DNA of 64,000 bases from Patescibacteria group bacterium (GCA_038065495.1 JBBTQW010000001.1:44137-108136); one strand, 5' to 3'. Shown: positions 9,723 to 19,669, counted from the first letter of the stretch. Notes: generated by a model not told the origin, from the letters alone. Program-made: numbers and translations.

Positions 9723-10472
9723 TTATTCTCCCAAATACGCCTCCACTACCTCTCGCTGCGCCAGCACCGCACTTGGCTCGCCCTCGGCGAGCAACTGACC
9801 GGAATCCAGCACAATCACGCGATCCGAAAGTTGCCGAATCAGCTCCATATTATGCTCGATCAAGATCACGACTTTATTTTGCTGTTTTAAATCTTGCAAC
9901 ACATTCGTCACAATTTTGATCATCTCGGGGAAAAGTCCGGCAAATGGTTCGTCGAAAAGAAAGATTTGAATCGGGAAAGTCTGCGCCATCGCGAGCACGC
10001 GCGCGATTTCCAACAATTTTCTCTGTCCGTACGAGAGATTAATCGCCAGTTCGCCATGTTTGCTCCACAAATTTACTTTTTCTAAAACCTCGCGCGCTCG
10101 AGCTAAGTGCAGATTGTTATGCTTTTCAAATAGTGCGCTAAAAACTGGTCTGTCTGTTAGGACTACCAAAATATTATCCAGCACACTCATTTGTTCAAAA
10201 AGTCGCACATCCTGAAAAGTCCGGGTAATCCCGTAACTCGGCACTTGCGCTATCTCTACTTTCTTTAACTTCGTCCGTTCCAGAACTACAATTTCCCCAC
10301 CATCTAGCGGCAAAACGCCGGTAAGCAAATTCACCAGCGTACTCTTGCCCGAGCCGTTGGGTCCAATGATGCTGGTAATCTGCCCGGCGGCAAACTGGAG
10401 CGACAAGTGATCCACCGCGTGCACGGCATCAAACTTCTTTACTAGATTGTGAGTGGAGAGGATGGGAGGCAT
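9723..10472 (-). CDS. livG: Branched-chain amino acid ABC transporter ATPase
   Basis: GPNGSGKS, RTFQ, LSYGQRKLLEIAR, DEPFAG, VEAYLG. Confidence 0.9.
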   Translation of the reverse strand: MPPILSTHNLVKKFDAVHAVDHLSLQFAAGQITSIIGPNGSGKSTLVNLLTGVLPLDGGEIVVLERTKLKKVEIAQVPSYGITRTFQDVRLFEQMSVLDNILVVLTDRPVFSALFEKHNNLHLARAREVLEKVNLWSKHGELAINLSYGQRKLLEIARVLAMAQTFPIQIFLFDEPFAGLFPEMIKIVTNVLQDLKQQNKVVILIEHNMELIRQLSDRVIVLDSGQLLAEGEPSAVLAQREVVEAYLGE

Positions 10473-11599
10473 TATGGTTGGGTATAAAGAACCGCTTTCC
10501 CATTAACGATTTGCTTGACGGTTGGCAGAAGACCAATTGCGTCGCCATTTTCATCGAAACCATAAGTCCCCATTACCCCTTTAAAATCCTTGAGGCTGTG
10601 CAAATAGTCTTTTAGTTTCGAGTTATCCAAACCAACATTATCAATAGCCTGCTTTATCATATAAACAGAATCGTATGTAACAGCGTCAGCAAACTTGATT
10701 GTTGGTGCACGACCATAAAGCGACTCAAATTTATGGAAAAGTTCACTTTTTATTTGATTGTTACCAACATTAGGATCAGCAAAGAAAATCATTCCTTCTG
10801 CTTCGGATATTTCAATGACTTCTTCTAATTCACCAAAATAATTACCGTAAATTGGACCTTTATATCCCAATTGCCGCAATTGTCTTAACGCAGAGATTCC
10901 CCCAAGTGGTGCATTTGGATTCATAACCACTGTTTCTGGTTTTTTGGAAATTACATCAAGGACATAACCCCTAAAATCGGTAGTACCTGGAGGGTAATTT
11001 TCTTCAATGACTTCTCCTTGAAAATATTTTTTAAATGCCTTAAGTAAACCGACTGTAAAATCACTCGTTTCTGTTATGACTGCTACTTTCCCATACTTTT
11101 TATTAATCGTCTCCGCCATAACTCTACCAGTATCATCATCAGAGTAAGAATTACGGAAAATAAATTCTCCAGCACCAGTTAAATCAGGATGCGTAGCCCA
11201 CATCGACATCATCAAAACTTGATTCCTCTCGGCCACCGGTGCTACCGCCAAGGCTTCTTGACCACAAATCACCAACAGAATCTTCACCTTGTTTACCGTA
11301 ATCAATTTTTGCGCCGCAGAGAGTGCATCCTTGGGACCACATTTACCATCCTCGTAAATGATTTCTAAAGCCTGACCATTAACACCTCCGGAAGTGTTTA
11401 TTTCCTCGCGAGCGATTTCCACAACATCCCTCATTTCTTCCCCCCAAGCTGCAGCAAAACCAGACAACGGGCCGATAAAACCAATCTTCACAGTCTCACC
11501 ATTTTTTTCTCCAGAATTCTCACTTTTGCTCGCATAAACAGCGATAAAAATTAGCGCGAGAAGTACGAATAACCAGATTATTTTGTTTTGGGCTTGCAT
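10472..11599 (-). CDS. LivK/LivJ-like substrate-binding protein (paralogue 3)
   Basis: VKIGFIGPLSG, YEDGKC, FDENGD. Confidence 0.85.
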   Translation of the reverse strand: MQAQNKIIWLFVLLALIFIAVYASKSENSGEKNGETVKIGFIGPLSGFAAAWGEEMRDVVEIAREEINTSGGVNGQALEIIYEDGKCGPKDALSAAQKLITVNKVKILLVICGQEALAVAPVAERNQVLMMSMWATHPDLTGAGEFIFRNSYSDDDTGRVMAETINKKYGKVAVITETSDFTVGLLKAFKKYFQGEVIEENYPPGTTDFRGYVLDVISKKPETVVMNPNAPLGGISALRQLRQLGYKGPIYGNYFGELEEVIEISEAEGMIFFADPNVGNNQIKSELFHKFESLYGRAPTIKFADAVTYDSVYMIKQAIDNVGLDNSKLKDYLHSLKDFKGVMGTYGFDENGDAIGLLPTVKQIVNGKAVLYTQP

Positions 11600-11611
11600 G
11601 ATTTTATTTTT

Positions 11612-12478
11612 TTATAATTTATATTCCCCTACCAAGCCTTGCGGGCGGTAAAGCATTAGTATAACTAAAATCAGACCATAGACCACCTGCCGCATCTGCG
11701 CCGCGATGTCGCTGGGGAAGCCCACAAAGCGCAATAATTCTGGCAAGAGAATGAGAAACAAAGCGCCGAGTAGCGAGCCACGGAGATTGGCTAAGCCGCC
11801 CAGAATGATAATAGCGAGAATAAAGATAGATTCAAATAGAACGAAACTAGACGGATCAACGAAGGTGATGTAAGAGGCAAAGAGCGAACCAGCCACGGCA
11901 GCCAGCGCGGCTGATAAAACAAAGATTATGAGTTTGTAAAAAGTGGTACGATAGCCAAAAACTTGGAGCGCTTGTTCGTCCTCGCGAATAGCGCGGAGGG
12001 CGCGGCCGAAAGAAGAATTGACGATAAAGCGGCATAAGAAATAAACTAATAACAAAATCGCTAGCACTAATAGCAAAAAGTGAAAGTTGTCAGTCAAGTT
12101 GAGGCCAAAAATCTCCGGACGTCTAATACCGGGGATGCCGAGCGGACCTCTGGTTAGGCTTTGCCAGTTGAGGAAAACCGAATAGATAATAATGTTAAAG
12201 CCAAAAGAGCCGAGCGCGTAATAATCGCCGTGGAAGCGGGACAAAACTAAACCAATTAACAAAGCCAAGACAGAAGTGATGAGCACGCCGAGTAGCAAAG
12301 CCACGAAAAAGTTGAGCCCGGTGCTGGTGAGCAAGATCGCCGTGGCATAGGCGCCCAGACCATAGAACGCCGCATGCGTCACACTTAGCAAGCCGGTGTA
12401 GCCCACCACCAAGTTTAAGCTCAAGCCGAGGATGCCGTAGATGCCAACAAGGATTGCTAAGTGAATTAAGTAAGGCAT
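11612..12478 (-). CDS. livM: Branched-chain amino acid ABC transporter permease
   Basis: LNLVVGYTGLLSVTHAAFYGLGAY, GRALRAIREDE, RPQGL. Confidence 0.9.
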   Translation of the reverse strand: MPYLIHLAILVGIYGILGLSLNLVVGYTGLLSVTHAAFYGLGAYATAILLTSTGLNFFVALLLGVLITSVLALLIGLVLSRFHGDYYALGSFGFNIIIYSVFLNWQSLTRGPLGIPGIRRPEIFGLNLTDNFHFLLLVLAILLLVYFLCRFIVNSSFGRALRAIREDEQALQVFGYRTTFYKLIIFVLSAALAAVAGSLFASYITFVDPSSFVLFESIFILAIIILGGLANLRGSLLGALFLILLPELLRFVGFPSDIAAQMRQVVYGLILVILMLYRPQGLVGEYKL

Positions 12479-12490
12479 GATTTTTTACTT

Positions 12491-13351
12491 CTATCTTTTG
12501 AACAAGCCCTGCGGGCGGAAAATTAAGAACACAATTAGTAAAGCAAAAGCGATCGCGTCCTTCCACTCGCCCGAGATCTGCCAAATGCCAAAGTTCTCCA
12601 CCGTGCCAAGCAAGAAGGCGCCCAGCACGCCGCCATAGATATTGCCGATGCCGCCCACAATCGCCGCGATCACGCCCTTGAGCAGCAAGTTGAGCCCCAT
12701 CGTCGGCTCAATGCCAGTGTCGAAGCCCACCAAGACGCCCGCCAAGCCACCAATGGCCGCGGAGAGGAAGAAGACAAAGCTGATGATTTTATCAGTATTA
12801 ATCCCCACCACCCGCGCCACCTCTTCATCATCGCCCACCGCTTTAATTGCCCGGCCAAATCTAGTCCGATTGAGGAAGAACGCTAGCGCGAGCATAATCA
12901 GCAAGCCGCTGGCAAGAATCACCAACTGCACGCCGGTAATCGCGCCGCCAATCACTTCATAAATTTTCCCTTCGCCAGCCGAGAGAGTTTGAAACTGACT
13001 GGAAAACAGGATCGCAATCACGGCTTGGAGAGCTGTGAAAATCCCGAGCGAGGCCACTAGCAAGACCATTGTCGAGGCTTTGCGGCGGCGCAATGGTCGG
13101 TAAACGAAGTAATCTGCTAAGTAACCAACCAAACCGGCAAGTAAAATTGCCAAGACCACGCTCAAGCCCAAGTTCAGACCGATTATTTTATACAACCAAT
13201 ACACGCCATAACCACCGATCGCCATCATCACGCCGTAACTAAGGTCAAAAAACTTGACCGTGCTGTAGATGAGATTAAAGCCAAGCGCGATCATCGTGTA
13301 GATCGCGCCGGCGATAATGCTATTGAGAATGAGTTGCGGCAGGATGCCCAT
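12491..13351 (-). CDS. livH: Branched-chain amino acid ABC transporter permease
   Basis: GAIYTMIALGF, GRAIKAV, VGGIGNIYG, RPQGLF. Confidence 0.9.
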   Translation of the reverse strand: MGILPQLILNSIIAGAIYTMIALGFNLIYSTVKFFDLSYGVMMAIGGYGVYWLYKIIGLNLGLSVVLAILLAGLVGYLADYFVYRPLRRRKASTMVLLVASLGIFTALQAVIAILFSSQFQTLSAGEGKIYEVIGGAITGVQLVILASGLLIMLALAFFLNRTRFGRAIKAVGDDEEVARVVGINTDKIISFVFFLSAAIGGLAGVLVGFDTGIEPTMGLNLLLKGVIAAIVGGIGNIYGGVLGAFLLGTVENFGIWQISGEWKDAIAFALLIVFLIFRPQGLFKR

Positions 13352-13371
13352 TGGGCGAGATTTTTACTTTT

Positions 13372-14544
13372 TTAGCTAGCCAGTTCGGCCTTGCCGTTCT
13401 TGATGACTTTCAACACGTGGCCGCCCACACGATCACCGTCCGCGCCGATCGTTACCAAACCAGAAGCTCCCGGCCAATCTTTGACTGTTCTTACCCAAGT
13501 GGCAATCTTTCCCGCATCAGTCCCGTTTTTGTTAATTCCTTCTGCCAGAATATAGACTAAGTCGTATTGTGCTTGAGCATAGTTACGATAAATCATTTCT
13601 TTGCCGTATTTTTTGAGATAGTCCGCGTCGAGTTTTTGCGATTTCGGCAAGCTCGCTGTCCCTTGTTCGGCAACCAATGCGCCCTCAAGTCTCGTTTTGT
13701 GATTAGTAATCAAGTCAGCATTGCCAGAGACAATGTCGTTTGCCAAGAGTGGCACCGACCACTTGAGATCAGCTAGCTGTTTGAGAATCCGTTCGGCCGT
13801 GCCAGGAGATTGAGGATCGATGAACAAAGCATCAGCATTCGCTGCCCGCAATTTCGTGAGAGTAGAACGAAAGTCAGTGGTAGTGCCTGGATACTCTTCT
13901 TTCGTGATTGTCCCCGCCGTTGCTGGGTAATTAGCTTCGAAAGCACGATAAATACCAAGAGCATAATCCGAGGATTCCTGCAGAACGGCTACCTTTTTCC
14001 AACCATGAGCAATCGCGGCCTCGGCTAGCACCCGACCCTGGCCATTGTCGCTAGCCACAGTCCGGGCGAAAAACAGACTTTTGTTTGTCAAATCAGGACT
14101 AGTGGCTGTGCCAGAAAACACAAAGACTTTCGCTTGCTCGGCAATTGGCAAACCGGCCAGAACGGCGCCAGAACAATCCGAGGCGATCACAATCTTGACG
14201 CCGTCAGCGTTGACTAACTTCTGCATTGCATTAGCACCGCCAGTGCCATTGCATTTCCCGTCTTCGTAAACTAGTTCAAATGTTCGGCCATTAATCACAT
14301 TATTTGTGTTGACTTCTTCCACCGCTAGATCAGTCACATTTTTCACAAACTCTCCCAAAGCTGCGGCGTCGCCAGTTAGTGGCGTAATCACACCAACCTT
14401 AATCGGCCCAGTTTCCACCACCGGAGTGGGAGTTTCTGTAGTAGTGGGTGCGCTAGATTGACTCGCTTTGCCGAGATAGGCCAGACCGATAACCAACAGA
14501 ACCAAGATAATCAAACCAACTATCGCTTTGCCAGTATTGCTCAT
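13372..14544 (-). CDS. LivK/LivJ-like substrate-binding protein (paralogue 4)
   Basis: IKVGVITPLTG, YEDGKC, SGTATSPDL. Confidence 0.85.
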   Translation of the reverse strand: MSNTGKAIVGLIILVLLVIGLAYLGKASQSSAPTTTETPTPVVETGPIKVGVITPLTGDAAALGEFVKNVTDLAVEEVNTNNVINGRTFELVYEDGKCNGTGGANAMQKLVNADGVKIVIASDCSGAVLAGLPIAEQAKVFVFSGTATSPDLTNKSLFFARTVASDNGQGRVLAEAAIAHGWKKVAVLQESSDYALGIYRAFEANYPATAGTITKEEYPGTTTDFRSTLTKLRAANADALFIDPQSPGTAERILKQLADLKWSVPLLANDIVSGNADLITNHKTRLEGALVAEQGTASLPKSQKLDADYLKKYGKEMIYRNYAQAQYDLVYILAEGINKNGTDAGKIATWVRTVKDWPGASGLVTIGADGDRVGGHVLKVIKNGKAELAS

Positions 14545-14607
14545 GTTATGTATTATTTTAAATTTTTAATTTCTCTATTTTTCACAGTCTTTCTGCACAC
14601 TCTATTA

Positions 14608-16380
14608 TTATATCATTTCCTCCAACTTTGCAATCTTCGCCTCTATTTCCTTCAAACCGCGCTCAAAAAACGCCGGATTTCTCACGTCTACACCAACTTG
14701 CGCGAAAATATCCTCCGGCGAAGCGCTAGAACCGGCAGATAAAAACTGTCTGATTTTTTCTTCAAACTTATTATTTTCTTGATAGCTGGAATATAAAGCA
14801 TTAGAGACTAATTCGCCGAAAGCGTAAGAATAAACATAGAAAAAATTGCGCAAGTGCGACCATGAGACGAAAAAGTAGCCATCAGCTTCTGTGAGCTTAA
14901 ACACCGGCCCAAGATAAGCGCTCATGTGCTGATTTAACAATTTCGCAATTTTTTCTTTACTCAAGCTCCCCTGTTTTCTGATTTGATTATGCAGATCAAG
15001 CTCAAAGTTGAAGCACGCGATTTGCCGGAAGATGGTCATCACAGAGTCATTAATCCGGTCATGTAAAGCTATTATTTTCTCTTTTTCAGTCAGCAGATTA
15101 AACACTTCGTCAAAGACGAAATTTTCGAATAAAGTGCTGGCCACTTCGGCCGTCGCGATGCTGTGGCCGCGGTAGAGCGGCGGCTGGGCGGCATCGCCCA
15201 GCCTGGCATGCATGGCATGCCCCAGCTCGTGAGCCAAAGTCATCAGTGACTTAAAATCCGACAAGTGATTGAGCAAGACAAAGGTTGGCAAGCCTTCTGT
15301 ACTAGAGCAATAAGCGCCGCCGGTCTTCCCGACTTTCGGAAACACATCAATCTGGCCGTTGGCCAAGAATTCTTCAAAAGCCGTCACATAAATCGGATTA
15401 ACTCGGCCGAAAGCTTTCTTCACAATTTCTACCGCTTGGGCAAAAGTAATTTTCTGCGTGGTCTGGCCTACTGGCGCAGCGCGATCGGCGTAAGTTAGGT
15501 TTTTCAAACCCAACATTTTCGCTTTCGCTTTATAAAATCTGTGGCTGATGTGAAAATTTTTAGTAACCGTTTTGACGAGATTATCCACGGTTTTCTCTTC
15601 ATTCTGATAACCCAGAACCGTGGCCGAGTAAGGTTGCGCATAGCCGCGCAGTTCGTCATTGATTTTTTTGTTTAAAACTATGGCGTTTAGTTCACTCTCG
15701 GCGAAATCAGCGACGCTGGCTAATTTTTGATTTACCAAAGTGTGCAATTCTCGTCGCTCTTTCGTTGCCAAAGATTGGATTTTCCCCATTGCTTCGGCCA
15801 GTGGCAATTTTTTATTTTTCCAGAGAATTTCTTGTTTAGAAACAATTTTGTCGTTCCCGCGCACCCACAGCTCATGGGCTGGCAAACTCTTCAAGTTCAT
15901 GATTTTTTCTTCAGCAACAGAGAGCACATGCTTGGCTTCGCGAAAAGCGCATTGGAGTAAAAAACTATATTTCTGCAACTTAGCGTGCTTAAGAAATTTG
16001 GCCTGCAGTTCTGGTTTAATTTTCGTCAGCGCCACACCAAAGAAGGTGATCTTGTTGCCACTATTGGTGTACCTCTGCCCGAGCAAATTTAGCTTCGCCT
16101 CCACTTTGGCATTTTTACTGTCCAGATCATGTTGATAAGCAAAGTAAGCATAAGGCTTACTAAATGCCTGATCAGATAATTTCTCATAATCTGCGAGCGC
16201 TAGCGCGAGCTTGACCGGATCAGTCAGGTAATCCGTTTTGTTCGCATATTTCTGCGCAAACTTTTCATGTGCTTGTTCCATCTTCTGCAAATCACGTTCT
16301 ATGGCCGAATCAGCGTTATTCCGGTACAGCAAACTAAAATCCCAATCCGTTTTGATTTTACTTGTTTTATTTCCAGTCAT
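14608..16380 (-). CDS. pepF: Oligoendopeptidase F (peptidase M3B)
   Basis: WDFS, GKTGGAYC, HELGH zinc motif, AEVASTL, FYVYSYAFG. Confidence 0.9.
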   Translation of the reverse strand: MTGNKTSKIKTDWDFSLLYRNNADSAIERDLQKMEQAHEKFAQKYANKTDYLTDPVKLALALADYEKLSDQAFSKPYAYFAYQHDLDSKNAKVEAKLNLLGQRYTNSGNKITFFGVALTKIKPELQAKFLKHAKLQKYSFLLQCAFREAKHVLSVAEEKIMNLKSLPAHELWVRGNDKIVSKQEILWKNKKLPLAEAMGKIQSLATKERRELHTLVNQKLASVADFAESELNAIVLNKKINDELRGYAQPYSATVLGYQNEEKTVDNLVKTVTKNFHISHRFYKAKAKMLGLKNLTYADRAAPVGQTTQKITFAQAVEIVKKAFGRVNPIYVTAFEEFLANGQIDVFPKVGKTGGAYCSSTEGLPTFVLLNHLSDFKSLMTLAHELGHAMHARLGDAAQPPLYRGHSIATAEVASTLFENFVFDEVFNLLTEKEKIIALHDRINDSVMTIFRQIACFNFELDLHNQIRKQGSLSKEKIAKLLNQHMSAYLGPVFKLTEADGYFFVSWSHLRNFFYVYSYAFGELVSNALYSSYQENNKFEEKIRQFLSAGSSASPEDIFAQVGVDVRNPAFFERGLKEIEAKIAKLEEMI

Positions 16381-16431
16381 AATAATCCGCAATCTAGCAC
16401 AAAAAGGGTAACAAGTCAGCGCTTTCTCGTT

Positions 16432-16674
16432 TTACCGATGAGGACAACCGGCCCAGCAACAAGGTCGGCGTTTACCAGCGATCAGCTCTGCGCGCGTTCT
16501 GGTAATTCGGTGCGTTCTGGTTTCTACTTTTTTCGCCGATTCAATCCAACAAATCCACTCATTGCGCGCAAGTGGTGTGATGCTTTCCCAAGCTGTCAGA
16601 GCTCTTGGCGCGGTAGCAAGCTCTTGGCGCAAATCTGACAACATTTTGTGTGGGAGTGGTTTGGCGGTTTTCAT
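16432..16674 (-). CDS. YdeI/OmpD-associated domain protein
   Basis: TPLARNEWICWIESAKKVETRTHRI...RRPCCWAGC. Confidence 0.75.
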   Translation of the reverse strand: MKTAKPLPHKMLSDLRQELATAPRALTAWESITPLARNEWICWIESAKKVETRTHRITRTRAELIAGKRRPCCWAGCPHR

Positions 16675-16750
16675 GTGCTGCTATTTTAGCATTTTTTGAG
16701 CCTCGTAAAGTCCTTTTCTTTACCAGATTTATCATATAGTATGTGAGCAT

Positions 16751-16821
16751 TGCCGGCTCGTCTAATGGTAGGACGACTGCCTCTGGAGCAGTTAATTGGG
16801 GTTCGAGTCCCTGGCCGGCAG
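16751..16821 (+). tRNA. tRNA-Gln(CTG)
   Basis: Acceptor tgccggc/gccggca, anticodon arm actgc-ctCTGga-gcagt, GTTCGAG T-loop. Confidence 0.95.
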
Positions 16822-16825
16822 CAGT

Positions 16826-17470
16826 ATGGGACAAAAAAACTACGATTGGGCCAAAACTCCGAGTCTAGCAATATTCATTGTGTATGTAACTGGGTTTTTA
16901 GTTTGGAATATGTATTTAGCTCATTTTGCCTTTTTCGAATACGACCTACTTCAAACTAGATTTATTTCTGCAGGGATATTAACGCTCTTTCTGCCAGCAA
17001 TTTTAATCCTATGGAAAGAAAAAAATGAGTGGCTTTTTTCTAAAAGAGACCGACTTGTAAAGTTTGTTTTGTACGCGATATGGATAGTATTTTTTGGTGG
17101 TTTAATCTTCCCCCACATACCACAACACCTAGGTGGTAGCAAACCGAAAATATCAAGCGTAGTGGCGTCTACAAGCACTCTGGAAAATCTTAGTATAATG
17201 GGTGTAACCCTGGCTGATGCCGGAGAAGGAAAACAACGAGTTCAGACTATTCCGATGTGTAAAATATACCAGAACAGAGACTCTGTAATTTTTGGCGTTG
17301 TAAGAGACACAGGGAGTGAGATCATCTCCAACAGAGTTTTAATCTTAAATAAAGTTCAAGTCGAGGCAGAATCTGTAACACCCGATGATCCCCAACAATA
17401 CACCCAGATATGCAGGTTAATTAGAGAGGTATATGGAATCAAAGAAGGAGTAGTAACTGAAACCCGGTAG
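16826..17470 (+). CDS. Hypothetical membrane protein, AT-rich
   Basis: Three hydrophobic segments; ATG 4 nt after the tRNA (the track's upstream start lies inside the tRNA). Confidence 0.6.
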   Translation: MGQKNYDWAKTPSLAIFIVYVTGFLVWNMYLAHFAFFEYDLLQTRFISAGILTLFLPAILILWKEKNEWLFSKRDRLVKFVLYAIWIVFFGGLIFPHIPQHLGGSKPKISSVVASTSTLENLSIMGVTLADAGEGKQRVQTIPMCKIYQNRDSVIFGVVRDTGSEIISNRVLILNKVQVEAESVTPDDPQQYTQICRLIREVYGIKEGVVTETR

Positions 17471-17585
17471 AAAACTATCGCTTCTTAAAGTCTTCGCCAG
17501 CGGCGGAATAATATGCTAAATTAACAGAGTTAGTGAAGAAATTATTAAAATAAAAATAAAAGTTAGCTAAAATAAAAAAAATAAC

Positions 17586-18203
17586 ATGATGAAACAAGAA
17601 CAAACACAACGCGGTTTTATTTTCCCACTTGTGATCGTAATCGTCGCGGCTCTCGCCATTGGCGGCGGCGTTTATTACTCTAAACAGAAACAGAACGCCA
17701 ACCCAGCAAGTACTGAAACAGCAACAACTGAAACTACAACCACCACCGAGACCAGCACGGCGACGAGCAATACGAGTGATGGTACTAATGTCAGCAACAA
17801 TGGCACTAATGGCACACTCCGCCAACTCTTGGCCCTTAGCGGCGACTGGACCTGCACGGTGGAGAATAAAACTCCAGGCGCGGAATCAACCGGCACGGTT
17901 TATCTCTCCGGCCAGATGATGCGCGGCGACTTTATGCTCCAGAATCAAGCCACGAGCGAAGCGCACATGATCAAGACCGGCAATGATATGTATGTGTGGA
18001 ACGGCGCGCAAGGCGCCAAAATGAGCATGGATATGACCACGCAAGCTGGTAATACACAGACAAAAAGCAACAACAGCGTGGATCTGGATCAGAAAGTGGA
18101 TTACCAGTGCCAGAGCTGGACCAAAGATGAGAGTAAATTTGCCGTACCAAGTGGCGTCAGCTTTATTGATCTCGCGGCAATGTTGAAACTAAAAGCTTAC
18201 TAA
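17586..18203 (+). CDS. Surface protein with a class III (pilin-like) signal and Thr/Ser linker
   Basis: QRG|FIFPLVIVIV, Thr-rich tract, two Cys in the globular part. Confidence 0.6.
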   Translation: MMKQEQTQRGFIFPLVIVIVAALAIGGGVYYSKQKQNANPASTETATTETTTTTETSTATSNTSDGTNVSNNGTNGTLRQLLALSGDWTCTVENKTPGAESTGTVYLSGQMMRGDFMLQNQATSEAHMIKTGNDMYVWNGAQGAKMSMDMTTQAGNTQTKSNNSVDLDQKVDYQCQSWTKDESKFAVPSGVSFIDLAAMLKLKAY

Positions 18204-18212
18204 AAATAAAAA

Positions 18213-19250
18213 CTAAACTGGTTTTGCTAGTTTAACCAGCGCCAGTTCCAGAGGTAAGAGAGAAACCGCCGCTTTGGCGGTTTCTGTATGTGCCGCGAGC
18301 AGTTCCCGCAGAATTTCTGGCAAGCGGCTAGCGTTCTCGTGTTCACTTAATTTTTTAATACTATTTATTTCATCAGCGCTCAAACCGGCCAACCAAATTG
18401 TTTGCGAATTTTTGTCATCAAGTCTAACTAACAAAGCGAGACGCAACTGGCGCAATAATAATTTAATCAGCGTCTGCGCGGAATAACTACGCGAGTTACT
18501 CGCTTGCACTTGCTCTAGGGCCACACTCAAATTATTTTCCAGAATCGCTTGCGCGAGCCTGCGGACGAGAACAGCCGCGGGTGCGCCAGTCACCAGTTCG
18601 GCCTCGGCCAGCGTGATTTTGTGATCGCTTGAAGCGCTCATCGCTTGTTGGAGCAAGCCGGTCACGTCGCGGAAGGAGCCATCGCCGAGCAAAGCGATTA
18701 ACTCGCCCGCATCTTTGTCTAATTTAAATTTTTCTTGTTTGGCAATATGTTGCAAGAGATCTTGCAAAGCCGGCTGGCTGGGCTTCTGGAAGGCAAAAGT
18801 CTGACAACGAGAAATGATCGTCTCCGGTACGCGTTCGAGTTCTGTCGTCGCCAAGATAAACACCACATGACTTGGCGGCTCTTCCAGAATTTTCAAGAGT
18901 GCGTTGAACGCCTCTTTCGTCAGCATATGCACTTCGTCAATAATGTAGACTTTCCGCGGCGAGCGAAACGGCAGTGTGCCTACTGCCTCGCGCAAAGCTC
19001 TAATCTCATCAATTCCCCGATTAGAAGCGCCGTCAATTTCGTACAAATCTTCTGGCTGGGTTTCCAGTTCTCTGGCCAAAATTCTAGCCACGCTGGTCTT
19101 GCCCGTGCCGCGCGAGCCGGCAAAGAGGTAAGCATGCGCGATATTGCCGAGCTTGAGCGCGCCGGAGAGCACTTGCACCACGCTCTCTTGCCCGATCACT
19201 TCGCTAAATTTACTTGGCCGATATTTGCGATACAGTGCGAGTTCAGACAT
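18213..19250 (-). CDS. dnaX: DNA polymerase III gamma/tau subunit (short form)
   Basis: LYRKYRP, GSRGTGKTS, IIDEVHML, ETIISRC. Confidence 0.95.
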   Translation of the reverse strand: MSELALYRKYRPSKFSEVIGQESVVQVLSGALKLGNIAHAYLFAGSRGTGKTSVARILARELETQPEDLYEIDGASNRGIDEIRALREAVGTLPFRSPRKVYIIDEVHMLTKEAFNALLKILEEPPSHVVFILATTELERVPETIISRCQTFAFQKPSQPALQDLLQHIAKQEKFKLDKDAGELIALLGDGSFRDVTGLLQQAMSASSDHKITLAEAELVTGAPAAVLVRRLAQAILENNLSVALEQVQASNSRSYSAQTLIKLLLRQLRLALLVRLDDKNSQTIWLAGLSADEINSIKKLSEHENASRLPEILRELLAAHTETAKAAVSLLPLELALVKLAKPV

Positions 19251-19284
19251 GAATATTAGCGCATTATAACGGAATTTTGAGCAA

Positions 19285-19321
19285 GAAAAAAGGGCCCCAA
19301 CATCACAATGATGAGGGGCCC
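19285..19321 (-). terminator. Intrinsic terminator
   Basis: gggcccc...ggggccc stem with inner catca/tgatg stem and a T-tract on the minus strand. Confidence 0.7.
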
Positions 19322-19359
19322 GGAAAGTACTCCATTTTCTAGCTTCGGGCTGCTGGCCG

Positions 19360-19515
19360 TTAGCTGAAGGTCATACCAGATTTGTTGTTGCTACCGAACG
19401 CGAAAGCGAGCGCGCTGGCGACGAGAGAGTTGATCTGCGCGGTGATCCTCTTCTTCAGGTGGTTGGTAGCGCGGCTGGTGGGATCGTTGTTGTGTCGCGT
19501 AATCAATTTGTTCAC
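19360..19515 (-). CDS. Putative 51-aa orphan micro-protein
   Basis: GTG start after GGAGG; MNKLITRHNN...GMTFS; followed by a terminator. Confidence 0.45.
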   Translation of the reverse strand: MNKLITRHNNDPTSRATNHLKKRITAQINSLVASALAFAFGSNNKSGMTFS

Positions 19516-19669
19516 GATGAATCCTCCAAAAAATGGAGACCACTTGGCGAAGCAGTTCTCTCTGGCAAACGAGCCAGAAACTGGATCAAACATAAAGAAC
19601 TGCGGCCACGTTTAATATAGCACAAAACTATTCTGCCAAGCCAGAGTTATCCACAGTGGATTTTTAAGC

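Noticed and set aside
17705-17815. Short repeated Thr/Asn codon units
   Set aside because: Low-complexity linker coding sequence, not a CRISPR array or tandem-repeat element.
19360-19515. tmRNA tag-like ALAFA in the micro-ORF
   Set aside because: The motif is not at the C-terminus and no tRNA-like ends flank it.
19647-19655. Perfect DnaA box TTATCCACA
   Set aside because: Single intergenic copy with no box cluster or dnaA/dnaN nearby, so not called oriC.
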